64,000 nucleotides of DNA, from positions 1 to 64,000 of IMG/VR virus record IMGVR_UViG_3300034117_001294. The stretch is one strand, 5' to 3'. Positions within the stretch are counted from its first letter, which is position 1; the number at the start of each line of letters is the position of its first letter. The notes below the pieces were generated by a model, which ran no database searches, was not told the DNA's origin, and saw only the letters and a list, made by a program, of their open reading frames with translations. A program made the position numbers and the translations under genes. Below, piece after piece: positions 19,080 to 29,401 of this stretch.

Positions 19080-20711
19080 ATGGCTGTTATTCAGATTTCA
19101 AAAATTCAATTACGTAGAGGGCAAACTGCTGATCAAGGGATGCCACAGTTAGCCAGCGGAGAAATGGGCTGGTCAGTTGATGAGCAAAGGCTGTTTATTG
19201 GCAACGGCAGTGTTGCAGAAGGTGCTCCTGCGGTGGGCAATACTGAAGTTCTTACTGAAGAAAGAATGTTTGATCTGTTGAGCACGGGCAAGTTTACAGC
19301 AACTAACTATACCTATATCGGCCACACTATTACTGCAACTATTACGGGAGTGTTAGGTGCAAACTTTCCAGTAGTGCGTACACTACAAGAAAAACTAGAC
19401 GACTCTGTTAGTATGTTTGACTTTGGCATATCAGACAACACTGATTGCACAGCCAAGTTCCAAAAAGCAATTGATGAAATCTATTTAAGATCCTTTGACA
19501 AGACATTGCCAAAGAGTCGTGTTCCTGTTAGTGTTCCTGCTGGCACTTACTACGTAACTGGTACAGTATACTTGCCACCATATGTAACTCTAGTAGGTGC
19601 AGGTATTGATAAAACTGTGATCCGTTCAATAGGCACAGGCAACACAACTATTTTTGAAACTATTGGAGGCAACAGTACTCCAAGTGTGCGAGTTACAGGA
19701 ACAAATATTGTTTCTCCTACTAATCCGAGACAAATTAAAATTTCCGGAATGACTTTGGAACACACTGGCACCATGTTGACTACCCAGACAACACCTATGA
19801 TTGTGTTAAACTATGCAGCGGACACCACAATCTCTGATATCAAGTTCTTAGGTACATATGTGTCCGGTGCTACTGCAACCACAGTTAATTCTGCAATTGA
19901 ATTAGGATACCTTAGCAGCGACCTGACTATTGAACACTGCCATTTTGAAGATTTATCCTACCCTGTTGTTTCTAATTGGAATGTGAGTGATGTTAAGATT
20001 GTGAACAATACTTTTGATACACTATATCAAGGTATTACATTGGCCAATGCGTTAACTACTTCTAGTGGAAAGAACATTGGACCAATTCGTGTAGATATTC
20101 AAGAAAACAAGTTTATCAACATCGAACGTCAAGGCATCTTTGCAGGTGCAAATACTTCGACTAACAATCAGATCAACAGTGAGAATAATCACTTTATCAA
20201 CGTTGGTAATAATGGCAACGGTGATGCTGACCCTGCACACCCAATCATTACTTTTGCCAGCCACGGCAACAGTTCAACTAATGACAATTTTGAGCGTCTG
20301 TGGTACATGCAGACCACAGTATTGGATACTCCTCAATATGAGATTATTGAGGGTACTGCCCAGGTTAGATTAAAGTTCACAGACAGACAATCTTTACCGG
20401 AAAGTACCAGTACTCAAACTTTATTGAAGATTCCTTACAACTCCACAGTTACCAGTGTGACTATCGATTACACACTGGAAAAAGCTGGATTGGCAAGAAA
20501 AGGCACATTGAGCGTAGTAGCCAGCGATGTGGGCGTTTCTTATAAAGACTCATATGCTGTAGCGGGCAGCAGTGATGGTGATGTGGTATTCTCCGCTGCC
20601 TTTTTGGATCACGGACCGGTTGATCGCAACGATACATTGACTGTACAATATACTAATCCTGTTGCTGCTGGCACAGGTACTATAATTTTTAACGTAGCGT
20701 ATTACCGATAA
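19080..20711 (+). CDS. Tail/baseplate protein with Mtd_N-like N-terminus and pectate-lyase-like beta helix
   Basis: KIQLRRG...LASGEMGWSVDEQRLFIGNG; FGISDNTDCTAKFQKAID; VPAGTYYV. Confidence 0.7.
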   Translation: MAVIQISKIQLRRGQTADQGMPQLASGEMGWSVDEQRLFIGNGSVAEGAPAVGNTEVLTEERMFDLLSTGKFTATNYTYIGHTITATITGVLGANFPVVRTLQEKLDDSVSMFDFGISDNTDCTAKFQKAIDEIYLRSFDKTLPKSRVPVSVPAGTYYVTGTVYLPPYVTLVGAGIDKTVIRSIGTGNTTIFETIGGNSTPSVRVTGTNIVSPTNPRQIKISGMTLEHTGTMLTTQTTPMIVLNYAADTTISDIKFLGTYVSGATATTVNSAIELGYLSSDLTIEHCHFEDLSYPVVSNWNVSDVKIVNNTFDTLYQGITLANALTTSSGKNIGPIRVDIQENKFINIERQGIFAGANTSTNNQINSENNHFINVGNNGNGDADPAHPIITFASHGNSSTNDNFERLWYMQTTVLDTPQYEIIEGTAQVRLKFTDRQSLPESTSTQTLLKIPYNSTVTSVTIDYTLEKAGLARKGTLSVVASDVGVSYKDSYAVAGSSDGDVVFSAAFLDHGPVDRNDTLTVQYTNPVAAGTGTIIFNVAYYR

Positions 20712-20714
20712 TTT

Positions 20715-21149
20715 ATGTTTAACCTATCTCCGGATGAGAGATTGAGTGCCTGGGCCGATCACAGGCATAGTCTCGACTCTTCTGAAAATCCTTTAGAAAC
20801 ACTAATCGAGTTTTGGGATCACCCTCCATATGTTCCATTCAACAGGAACGTAGATCCTTACAATCAAAGAAGCTGGCCTACACCTTGGGAAATCATTATT
20901 GAAAACAAATACGATGATTTTACCAAAGTATTAATGATAGCCTGGACATTAAAGTTAACTGCCACGTTTAAAGACAGTAAGGTAGAGATAAAAACATATA
21001 CAGATGCACACAGATCTAGACAATATAATCTAGTGTTCATCGATGATGAGTTTGTTATTAACTACACAGATAATGATATAAACAAACCTAGCGATATTCC
21101 TGAGTCATTTCAACTAGAAAATCTAATTGAAGTACAGAGGCCTAGGTAA
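20715..21149 (+). CDS. Hypothetical protein
   Basis: 144 aa ORF; WPTPWEII motif. Confidence 0.6.
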   Translation: MFNLSPDERLSAWADHRHSLDSSENPLETLIEFWDHPPYVPFNRNVDPYNQRSWPTPWEIIIENKYDDFTKVLMIAWTLKLTATFKDSKVEIKTYTDAHRSRQYNLVFIDDEFVINYTDNDINKPSDIPESFQLENLIEVQRPR

Positions 21150-21217
21150 ATATCACTCTAAGTAGTAAAAAGAAAAAGCGGGCTCCCGGGCCACAAAATA
21201 AAAAGAACAGGTGGACA

Positions 21218-23563
21218 ATGACTATTCAAGTAGTTAAACGTAGTGGACAACGAGTTCCACTAGATATTTCAAAAATACAAAGACAAGTAGCATTTAGCTG
21301 CCACGGAATAGACGGAGTTAGTCCGTCTATGATCGAGATCAAAGCACAGTTAGAATTTCATGATGGCATGACCACTAATACTATCGACGAATTGCTGTTA
21401 AAGGCAATGGTTGATCTAATTGACGAAGAAGAAAATCCCGAGATTAATAATGTTAACTATCAGTACGTAGCAGGCCGCCAACGTCTAAGTATGTTGCGTA
21501 AAGAAGTATACGGAGCATACGAGCCGCCTAAACTATTCAGCATTGTTAAGAAGAATGTTGAACTAGGCATGTACACTAGCGAACTGCTAGACTGGTACAC
21601 AGAAGACGAATGGAACATTATTGACCTATTCATCGATCATGCAAGAGACGAGCAATATACATTTGCTGCTATTGCACAGCTAGCAGAAAAGTATCTAGTA
21701 CAGAATCGTGCCACTAATACAATATACGAAACTCCGCAGGTACGTTATGCAGTTGCAGCCGCTACGGCATTTCATGCAGAGTCTAAAGATGCTAGACTAA
21801 AGTGGGTAAAAGAATACTACGAGTGTGCTCGAGACGGACACTTTACACTGGCCACTCCTGTTCTCGCCGGTCTAGGTACGACCACCAAACAATTTAGCAG
21901 TTGTGTGCTGATCAGCACTGACGATACACTGGACAGTATCTTTGCAAGCGGCGAAATGATGGCCAAATATGCTTCAAAACGAGCCGGTATCGGTCTAGAA
22001 ATTGGCAGAATCAGACCTTTAGGTGCCCCAATTCGTAACGGTGAGATCAAGCATACAGGAATGATTCCTTTCTTGAAGAAATGGTTCGCAGACCTCCGCA
22101 GTTGCAGCCAGGGTGGTATCCGTAATGCATCATGCACAGTAACATATCCTATTTGGCACGCTCAGTTCGAAGATCTTATTGTGCTAAAGAACAATCAAGG
22201 TACTGAAGAAAATCGTGTACGACAAATGGATTACTCAGTTGTGGTTAACAAGATGTTTTGGAATCGTTATAAGAATGGTGAAATGATGACATTGTTTGAT
22301 CCAGCAGAAGTTCCGGATCTTTACGAAGCATACTATCGCAACTCGGCAGAGTTTGAAACATTGTATTTGAAATACGAGCAAGACAAGACAAAGAAAAAGA
22401 AAGTTGTATCGGCAGATGCGATATTCAAAGCTGGAATACTTAAAGAGCGTACTGATACTGGTCGTATCTATCTTGTTAACATTGACAACGTTATCAACCA
22501 AGGCTCGTTTGATACAACAGTTGATCCAATTTATCAATCCAATCTATGCCAAGAGATACTTTTACCTACCCGTCCTTTCCAGAGAATTGAAGATCCAGAG
22601 GGACGAATTGCTCTTTGCACTCTTGGCAGCATCAACTGGGGAGCATTCCGTAACCCACAAGAGATGAAAAAAGCCTGTCGTGTGTTAGTACGTAGCCTAA
22701 GTAATTTGTTGAACTATCAAGACTTCTTAAGCATACAGAGCAAGCTGGCTAACACAGACTTTGAACCGTTAGGTGTTGGCATTACTAACTTGGCCTATTG
22801 GCATGCCCGTAAAGGATACAAGTACGGTGAAGCAGAAGCACTTGCAGAAGTTAAACGTTGGATGGAACACCAGGCATACTACCTTACCGAAACTAGTGTC
22901 GAGCTTGCCCAAGAACGTGGGCCATGCGGACGTAGTCAGCACACTTATTACGGTAAGGGAGTATTTCCTTGGGAACGCCGCAATCCCGGAGTTAACGAAC
23001 TAACAGATTTCACTCCTAGCCTAGATTGGGAACCATTGCGAGCACGTATGATCAAATACGGTATTCGTAATGCTACACTAATGGCAGTGGCACCAGTTGA
23101 GTCTAGTTCAGTAGTATTAAACAGTACTAATGGAATTGAGATGCCAATGGAATTAATTTCTGTTAAAGAATCTAAAGCTGGATCGTTTGTACAGGTAGTA
23201 CCAGAATATCGTCGCCTAAAGAATCGTTATCAGATGATGTGGGATCAGACCAACTGCGTTGATTATCTGAAGACAGCCGCAGTATTAGCAGCTTACATTG
23301 ATCAATCATTGAGTACTAACACATTCTATAATCCTGCACACTTTGCTAACGGTAAGGTACCTGCTACACTAATTGCCAAGAACTTGATGTTGGCATACAG
23401 GTGGGGCATTAAGACCATTTATTATAGCCTAATTAACAAGGTAGGTGCTAAGACTAACGTCACTGCAACTACACAGGTTAATGGTATAAACGGATTTGCA
23501 ATTAATGCGGCAGACAACGTGATCATTTATGATGACGCCGATTGCGAGGCATGTAAGTTATAA
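21218..23563 (+). CDS. nrdA: Ribonucleotide reductase class Ia alpha subunit with ATP cone
   Basis: VVKRSG ATP cone, FSSCVL, SNLCQEI, CTLGSIN, APVESSS, KTIYY, C-terminal CEAC. Confidence 0.97.
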   Translation: MTIQVVKRSGQRVPLDISKIQRQVAFSCHGIDGVSPSMIEIKAQLEFHDGMTTNTIDELLLKAMVDLIDEEENPEINNVNYQYVAGRQRLSMLRKEVYGAYEPPKLFSIVKKNVELGMYTSELLDWYTEDEWNIIDLFIDHARDEQYTFAAIAQLAEKYLVQNRATNTIYETPQVRYAVAAATAFHAESKDARLKWVKEYYECARDGHFTLATPVLAGLGTTTKQFSSCVLISTDDTLDSIFASGEMMAKYASKRAGIGLEIGRIRPLGAPIRNGEIKHTGMIPFLKKWFADLRSCSQGGIRNASCTVTYPIWHAQFEDLIVLKNNQGTEENRVRQMDYSVVVNKMFWNRYKNGEMMTLFDPAEVPDLYEAYYRNSAEFETLYLKYEQDKTKKKKVVSADAIFKAGILKERTDTGRIYLVNIDNVINQGSFDTTVDPIYQSNLCQEILLPTRPFQRIEDPEGRIALCTLGSINWGAFRNPQEMKKACRVLVRSLSNLLNYQDFLSIQSKLANTDFEPLGVGITNLAYWHARKGYKYGEAEALAEVKRWMEHQAYYLTETSVELAQERGPCGRSQHTYYGKGVFPWERRNPGVNELTDFTPSLDWEPLRARMIKYGIRNATLMAVAPVESSSVVLNSTNGIEMPMELISVKESKAGSFVQVVPEYRRLKNRYQMMWDQTNCVDYLKTAAVLAAYIDQSLSTNTFYNPAHFANGKVPATLIAKNLMLAYRWGIKTIYYSLINKVGAKTNVTATTQVNGINGFAINAADNVIIYDDADCEACKL

Positions 23564-23892
23564 TGGATCAAGTAACAATATCAGAATCGGCTGTTATTAA
23601 AATCACAGACCTACTAGCAGAGGAGAATAATCCTAAGTTAAAACTTAGGACATTTGTCCAAGGTGGCGGATGTTCTGGATTTCAGTACGGATTTACATTT
23701 GACGAAGAACAACACGAAGACGATTTTGTTGTAGAAAAACAAGGTGTAAAAATATTGATTGATGCAATGAGTATGCAGTATCTTAGTGGTGCTGTAATTG
23801 ATTACAAAGAAGATTTGCAAGGTAGTCAATTCAGTATTCAAAATCCTAATGCACAATCAACCTGTGGTTGTGGGAGCAGTTTTTCAGTATGA
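23563..23892 (+). CDS. erpA: A-type Fe-S carrier ErpA/IscA
   Basis: [11 protein letters not shown] and TCGCGSSF. Confidence 0.93.
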   Translation: MDQVTISESAVIKITDLLAEENNPKLKLRTFVQGGGCSGFQYGFTFDEEQHEDDFVVEKQGVKILIDAMSMQYLSGAVIDYKEDLQGSQFSIQNPNAQSTCGCGSSFSV

Positions 23893-24437
23893 CCTATAGT
23901 TTTATTAGACATGTTCTACAAGAAGGCAAACCAGAAAAGTTGGAAATTATAAATCTACCTTATGATACCAATGACCTTGAACCTGTGATCTCAGAAGACA
24001 CCATCAATTACCATTATGGCAAATTAGCAAAAATTTATGCTGAACGGTACAACAAAAATGAAGGTGATTCAGTTTTTAATGAAGCTGGTGTATTCTTACA
24101 CAACATTTTGTTTCAGCAGTATCAAGCACCAACTAACTCCAATAAACCTATTGGTAGTATCTTAGAATTTATTATCAAACATTATAAAGACTTTGACAAA
24201 TTTAAAGAATCCTTTGCTAATGAGGCAATGGCTATTCAAGGCAGTGGTTGGGTCTATCTTGCCAAAGACGGTAAAATTAAAACTATCGTCAATCACCAAA
24301 TTAAAAAAGATATTGTGTTGTTAATTGATTGGTGGGAACATGCGTGGGCATTGGACTACAAACATGACAAAAAGAAATACTTAGATAATCAGTGGAAGAT
24401 TATCAACTGGGAGAAAATAAATGGCATACTCAGATAA
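23889..24437 (+). CDS. sod: Fe/Mn superoxide dismutase
   Basis: [30 protein letters not shown]. Confidence 0.9.
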   Translation: MTYSFIRHVLQEGKPEKLEIINLPYDTNDLEPVISEDTINYHYGKLAKIYAERYNKNEGDSVFNEAGVFLHNILFQQYQAPTNSNKPIGSILEFIIKHYKDFDKFKESFANEAMAIQGSGWVYLAKDGKIKTIVNHQIKKDIVLLIDWWEHAWALDYKHDKKKYLDNQWKIINWEKINGILR

Positions 24438-24795
24438 AGTTGTTGATCATTACGAAAACCCACGTAATGTAGGTAAGTTTGAAATTGACGACACAGTTGG
24501 CACAGGTATGGTCGGAGCACCTGCTTGTGGAGATGTGATGAAGTTACAGATAAAGGTAGATGAAGATGGTATTATTAGAGATGCTCGTTTCAAGACATAT
24601 GGATGCGGTTCAGCAATCGCCAGTTCGTCGTTGGTTACAGAGTGGGTTAAGGGTATGCATATTGATGATGCTGTTAACCTTAAAAACTCCCAAATCGCCG
24701 AAGAACTAGCACTACCGCCTGTCAAGATACATTGCTCAATTCTAGCAGAAGATGCTATCAAAGCCGCAGTAGAAGATTATAGAAAGAAACATTAA
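24421..24795 (+). CDS. iscU: Fe-S scaffold IscU
   Basis: DHYENPRNVG, GAPACGDVM, GCGSAIASSS, LPPVKIHCS. Confidence 0.96.
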   Translation: MAYSDKVVDHYENPRNVGKFEIDDTVGTGMVGAPACGDVMKLQIKVDEDGIIRDARFKTYGCGSAIASSSLVTEWVKGMHIDDAVNLKNSQIAEELALPPVKIHCSILAEDAIKAAVEDYRKKH

Positions 24796-25445
24796 TGTTA
24801 GAAACAATCTGTGACATAATGGTAGACGCTTATAAGCGTAACTGGATTACTAGCCGAGATGGTAACGTGAGTATTCGTCATCACGACCGTGATCACTTTT
24901 ACATCACACCAAGCGGTGTACGTAAACAAACACTACAACCTGACCAGTTCAAGAAGATTGGCATTGAGAAAGGATTCTGGGATCAGCCTCCTCGACTGTA
25001 TCATGCAACTAAAGAGTTAGACTATACTGAAATTAGTGCTAACCTGAAGCCTAGTGGGGAACTACCATTGCACTTTGGTTTGCAAAAAGAAATGGGACAA
25101 CACACAGGCGACGTTCGTGTAGTTGTACACGTTCACCCAACTTATTGCATTGCGGCAATGCATGCCGGTATTGATTTGAGTACTGTGAGTGCAGCCTTTC
25201 CAGAACTCAATCGTTATACCAAGGTAGCACCTAATGTAGGCGATGTGCCTCCTATTAGCCAAGAACTTGCTGACCAGTGCCATAAGATGTTACAATTAGA
25301 CGACGCTGGAAATATTGCCTACGACATCGTGGGTATAAAAGGACATGGAGTAGTAGCTATTGATACAACACCGTGGCGTGCCTATGAGCACATAGAAAGA
25401 TTAGAACATATTTGCAAGATCGTACTTGCATCAGGAAAATATTAA
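24795..25445 (+). CDS. Class II aldolase/adducin family protein
   Basis: GNVS, ITPSG, PSGELPLH, HVHPTY, GHGVV. Confidence 0.85.
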   Translation: MLETICDIMVDAYKRNWITSRDGNVSIRHHDRDHFYITPSGVRKQTLQPDQFKKIGIEKGFWDQPPRLYHATKELDYTEISANLKPSGELPLHFGLQKEMGQHTGDVRVVVHVHPTYCIAAMHAGIDLSTVSAAFPELNRYTKVAPNVGDVPPISQELADQCHKMLQLDDAGNIAYDIVGIKGHGVVAIDTTPWRAYEHIERLEHICKIVLASGKY

Positions 25446-26545
25446 TGAGCAAAGAACAATACAACTTATCAAAACAAACAAACTATCTAAAACGTACAAT
25501 GTTTTTGGATCCTGCCGGTCCGGTAACAGTACAGCGTTTCGAAGAAGTCAAATATCCTAAGATTGCTAAGTATGAAGAACTGGCACGTGGATTCTTTTGG
25601 GTACCAGAAGAAATCAGTCTTACCAAAGACAAGATAGATCACAAGGAAGCTAGTGATGCAGTCAAGCATATCTTTACCAGCAACTTGTTAAGACAAACGG
25701 CATTGGACAGTATTCAAGGTCGTGCTCCTAATCAAGTATTCCAACCCGTAATTAGCTTGCCTGAACTCGAAGCACTTGTGAGTAACTGGAGTTTCTTTGA
25801 AACTAACATTCACAGTAAGAGCTACAGTCATATTATTAGGAACGTATATGGAGTACCTAAAGAAGAGTTTAACAAGATTCACGACACGGCTGAAATTGTT
25901 GGTATGGCTGCTAACATTGGTCGTTACTATGAGGATCTACATCAGCTTAACTGTCGTAAAGAGTTGGGAGAAGTCGTTGATACAATGCTTCACAAGCGAG
26001 CCATTTGGATGGCATTACACGCAAGCTATGCATTGGAGGCTCTACGTTTCATGGTGAGCTTTGCTACCAGTCTGGCCATGGTCGAAAACAAGATCTATAT
26101 CGGCAACGGCAATATTATCAGCTTGATCCTGCAAGACGAGTTGTTACACACAGAATGGACTGCTTGGCTTATCAACAATGTAACCAAAGATGATCCAGAC
26201 TTTGTTAAACTAGAAGAAGAATGTGCAGACGAAGTATATTCACTATACGTAGAAGTTATTCGCGAAGAAAAGGAATGGGCTGAGTTCTTATTTAAGAAAG
26301 GTGTAGTTATCGGATTGAACGCCAACATATTGAAAGACTTTGTAGATTTTACAGCGTTTACTAGACTAAAAGAAATTGGAATCAAGTACCTAGGAGAGCA
26401 TCCTAAATTTAGTCCTATCCCTTGGTTTAACAAACATGTAAACATCAACAAGAAGCAGACTGCACTACAGGAAAATGAATCAACTAACTATGTCATCGGC
26501 GTGATGTCAGACACAGTTGAGTACGAAGAACTACCTGATCTTTAA
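25445..26545 (+). CDS. nrdB: Ribonucleotide reductase beta subunit
   Basis: FFWVPEEI, LDSIQGR, ETNIHSKSY, LEALRFMVSF, DELLH, QENESTNY. Confidence 0.96.
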   Translation: MSKEQYNLSKQTNYLKRTMFLDPAGPVTVQRFEEVKYPKIAKYEELARGFFWVPEEISLTKDKIDHKEASDAVKHIFTSNLLRQTALDSIQGRAPNQVFQPVISLPELEALVSNWSFFETNIHSKSYSHIIRNVYGVPKEEFNKIHDTAEIVGMAANIGRYYEDLHQLNCRKELGEVVDTMLHKRAIWMALHASYALEALRFMVSFATSLAMVENKIYIGNGNIISLILQDELLHTEWTAWLINNVTKDDPDFVKLEEECADEVYSLYVEVIREEKEWAEFLFKKGVVIGLNANILKDFVDFTAFTRLKEIGIKYLGEHPKFSPIPWFNKHVNINKKQTALQENESTNYVIGVMSDTVEYEELPDL

Positions 26546-26560
26546 TTTCACCAAAACACA

Positions 26561-26587
26561 AAAAGGCCTTGCTATGAGGCCTTTTTT
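26561..26587 (+). terminator. Intrinsic terminator
   Basis: aaaaggcct-tgctatg-aggcctttttt. Confidence 0.8.
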
Positions 26588-26618
26588 CGTCTAAACTTAA
26601 CACAAAGGAATTATAACT

Positions 26619-26861
26619 ATGAAAGTAACCGTATGGAGTAAAACACCCTGTCCGATTTGTGATCAAGCTAAAGCTCTGTTAAAGCAGCGTGGCATTGACT
26701 ATGAAGAACGCAACATCACTGAAGGCACATGGACCAAAGAACAGCTATTAGAAGCTGTGCCCAATGCTAGAACAGTTCCACAGATTTTTATCAATGAACA
26801 ATTAGTAGGCGGATTTAATGAGCTCAGAAATCATTTCCAAAATCAAGCCAGTGGAGTATGA
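26619..26861 (+). CDS. grxC: Glutaredoxin
   Basis: CPIC, RTVPQIF, VGGF. Confidence 0.92.
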   Translation: MKVTVWSKTPCPICDQAKALLKQRGIDYEERNITEGTWTKEQLLEAVPNARTVPQIFINEQLVGGFNELRNHFQNQASGV

Positions 26862-27294
26862 GTGGAAAGAGGATGATCTAACAATGAATGTTGGATTCTC
26901 AGCACAAGAAATAGATGATCTCTTAAAAACGTCCATGTCAAGTTATACCACAGGGGCTCAAGGATCGAGTCAAAATTCTTATACTATATCTACAGGTGCT
27001 GGTGCTAACGGCTCGTGGAATTCTAGTCCCTATGTTTTTACTACTAACAATACAAACATAGGAACTATTTCAAATGCAGGACTACATGTTACTAGCGATG
27101 CGGAGTTCGATGGAGACATCAAATGGAAAGGTCGTAGTCTAGGAGACCTGCTAACTACTATTGAAAAGAGGTTAGCCATCCTAACTCCGGATCCTGCTAA
27201 GTTAGCACACTACGAGTCATTACAAAAAGCATATCAACACTACAAGACATTAGAAGCATTGTGTGAAACACCGTCAAAGAAAGAAGATAAATGA
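26818..27294 (+). CDS. Hypothetical protein
   Basis: 158 aa ORF; start uncertain, overlaps grx. Confidence 0.55.
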   Translation: MSSEIISKIKPVEYEWKEDDLTMNVGFSAQEIDDLLKTSMSSYTTGAQGSSQNSYTISTGAGANGSWNSSPYVFTTNNTNIGTISNAGLHVTSDAEFDGDIKWKGRSLGDLLTTIEKRLAILTPDPAKLAHYESLQKAYQHYKTLEALCETPSKKEDK

Positions 27295-27962
27295 AAGTTA
27301 AATTAATTTCGTCAAGCAAGCCCAGTCGCGAAATGTACGACGAAGGTCTGATGGATGCACAAGAGCTGATTGCGTTCTGTGCTCGGGTTAGTAACCCCTC
27401 TAACCAATTCAACATGGATACTGCTGACAAGCTGATCCGTTATTTGATCAAGCATAAACATTGGTCGCCACTTGAAATGGTATCAGCCTGTTTAGAAATC
27501 GAAACTACCCGTGACATTGCTCGACAGATCCTGCGTCACCGTAGTTTCAGCTTCCAGGAGTTTAGTCAACGCTATGCAGATCCAACCAAAGACCTTGACT
27601 TTGTTATCCGTGAAGCACGACTACAGGATACAAAGAATCGCCAGAACAGTGTTACCACTGATGATCATGAATTAATGGCTGAATGGAATCGCAGACAACA
27701 TCAGGTTATCAACCTTGTCAAAGAAAATTATGCATGGGCCATTGAAAACGGCATTGCTAAAGAGCAGGCCCGTGCTATTCTACCAGAAGGCAACACAGTC
27801 AGTCGCTTGTATATGAACGGCACACTACGCTCATGGATTCACTTTATTGATCTACGTAGCGGCAATGGTACCCAGCTAGAGCACATGGAAGTTGCACGTG
27901 AGTGTGCTCGAGTAATTGCTGAAATCTTTCCAATGGCTACTGAGTATGTCCAGCCCCAGTGA
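27291..27962 (+). CDS. thyX: Flavin-dependent thymidylate synthase
   Basis: HWSPLE, RHRSFSFQEFSQRY signature. Confidence 0.95.
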   Translation: MKVKLISSSKPSREMYDEGLMDAQELIAFCARVSNPSNQFNMDTADKLIRYLIKHKHWSPLEMVSACLEIETTRDIARQILRHRSFSFQEFSQRYADPTKDLDFVIREARLQDTKNRQNSVTTDDHELMAEWNRRQHQVINLVKENYAWAIENGIAKEQARAILPEGNTVSRLYMNGTLRSWIHFIDLRSGNGTQLEHMEVARECARVIAEIFPMATEYVQPQ

Positions 27963-28338
27963 TACGCTGAAAAAGTTTGCGGCTGAACACAATGTTCGAG
28001 TCATTGACTCAAATAAACGTGCCTACAAACATACTCGGGCTAATGTAAATCTATTTCATTATGAGACTGACTATAACAAGTTTCTTCAAGAGCATATAAC
28101 TTTTGAAACTGAAACTCTTTACACAGTTGAGATCAGTGAAAGTGAATTAGAACGCATTGCCGAGTTTGAAAGTCAGGTGTTCAACCATATGAAAAGTAAG
28201 GGTCATTATAATATGTTCGAAACCCTTATGGAACAAAAAGAACGTGAGCGAGCACTGCGTGATACATATCCAGCAGTTCGTAAAGCGTACGAACAATATA
28301 GTCTAATGTTAAAATTAGCTCAGTCTGGAGAACTATGA
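27946..28338 (+). CDS. Hypothetical protein
   Basis: ORF in operon; start reassigned. Confidence 0.55.
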   Translation: MSSPSDTLKKFAAEHNVRVIDSNKRAYKHTRANVNLFHYETDYNKFLQEHITFETETLYTVEISESELERIAEFESQVFNHMKSKGHYNMFETLMEQKERERALRDTYPAVRKAYEQYSLMLKLAQSGEL

Positions 28339-28805
28339 GTAATGTATCTAAGGGAAGAAATAGTTTTGATTCGACATCAACTGACATAACTATTGCTTTC
28401 ATTAATAGGAACATTACTCCGTATCCTACAGAAGCAGGTGGTCCTAAATTTGATCTTGTTCCAGTAACTAAACATAAAGATATTATGCTCAATAACGCTA
28501 GGCATTTTGCCCAGCAAGAGTATAACAGAATTATGGAATTAGTTACTGTGCTACAAAAGCAAGCAAACGAGATTAAACGAAGATTAGAAGTTACTGATGC
28601 TGTTCATGCAGCTGAATATCAGTTTCAACTAAGTATAGGTCAATGTTATTGGTTAGTGTGGGATACAAGAAAACAAAAAACACTGTTGGTTCATTTAGGA
28701 CCTACAGAATGGAGCACAGGAAAACCTGACGATTACGAATATGTAACTCAGGTCAAGTTTATGGGAGACCATACTTGGATAGAAATTAATCAAAAGGAAA
28801 CATAA
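28335..28805 (+). CDS. Hypothetical protein
   Basis: TPYPTEAGGPKF motif; ATGA overlap. Confidence 0.6.
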   Translation: MSNVSKGRNSFDSTSTDITIAFINRNITPYPTEAGGPKFDLVPVTKHKDIMLNNARHFAQQEYNRIMELVTVLQKQANEIKRRLEVTDAVHAAEYQFQLSIGQCYWLVWDTRKQKTLLVHLGPTEWSTGKPDDYEYVTQVKFMGDHTWIEINQKET

Positions 28806-29092
28806 TGTTAATCGAAAAACCAATGTCCGAAGGGGACGTAGTCAGTATCAAGTTAATCAACGGTGATGAACTAATTGCACGTTTAGAAAAAGATGACCAG
28901 CACGGTTATACCATTAATAGACCGCTTGCACTCACAATGAGTGGCGGCGGCCTAGGTATGATTCCTTGGGTATTTCTTGGTGCAAAAGAAACAATGACTT
29001 TGAAAAAAGAACATGTGTTTATTGTGATGGCAGCTAAGAAAGAAGCAGCAGATCAGTATATGCAAGGCACCACTGGCATTGCATTGATGTAA
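28805..29092 (+). CDS. Hypothetical protein (Sm-like fold possible)
   Basis: VSIKLINGDELIAR motif. Confidence 0.55.
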   Translation: MLIEKPMSEGDVVSIKLINGDELIARLEKDDQHGYTINRPLALTMSGGGLGMIPWVFLGAKETMTLKKEHVFIVMAAKKEAADQYMQGTTGIALM

Positions 29093-29113
29093 ATACTAGT
29101 TTAGGATATTATT

Positions 29114-29392
29114 ATGGAGCCAACAATCGTTTCTACAAGCACGGGAAGTATATCAATCGCATATGACTACAGTCCGTACCTTGAAAGAATTGCATCATCA
29201 TTAGAAAGAATTGCAACAGCATCTACTACCACTGGCATACGTCATGTCGGCCCGTACGATTGGGTGGCCCCTACAGAAATTTATGATTGGTATAGGCAAG
29301 ATTTAAGTTCGTTGATTTCTTCAACTGCAACTATTAATACATTATTTGCAAATATTAGTACTATAACAAATAATTTGCCTAGATTTTTATAA
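29114..29392 (+). CDS. Hypothetical late protein
   Basis: TAAATA plus AGGA upstream. Confidence 0.5.
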   Translation: MEPTIVSTSTGSISIAYDYSPYLERIASSLERIATASTTTGIRHVGPYDWVAPTEIYDWYRQDLSSLISSTATINTLFANISTITNNLPRFL

Positions 29393-29401
29393 GGAATTGA
29401 A

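Noticed and set aside
21218-26545. Intron or intein in nrdA/nrdB
   Set aside because: Both ORFs are of normal length and continuous
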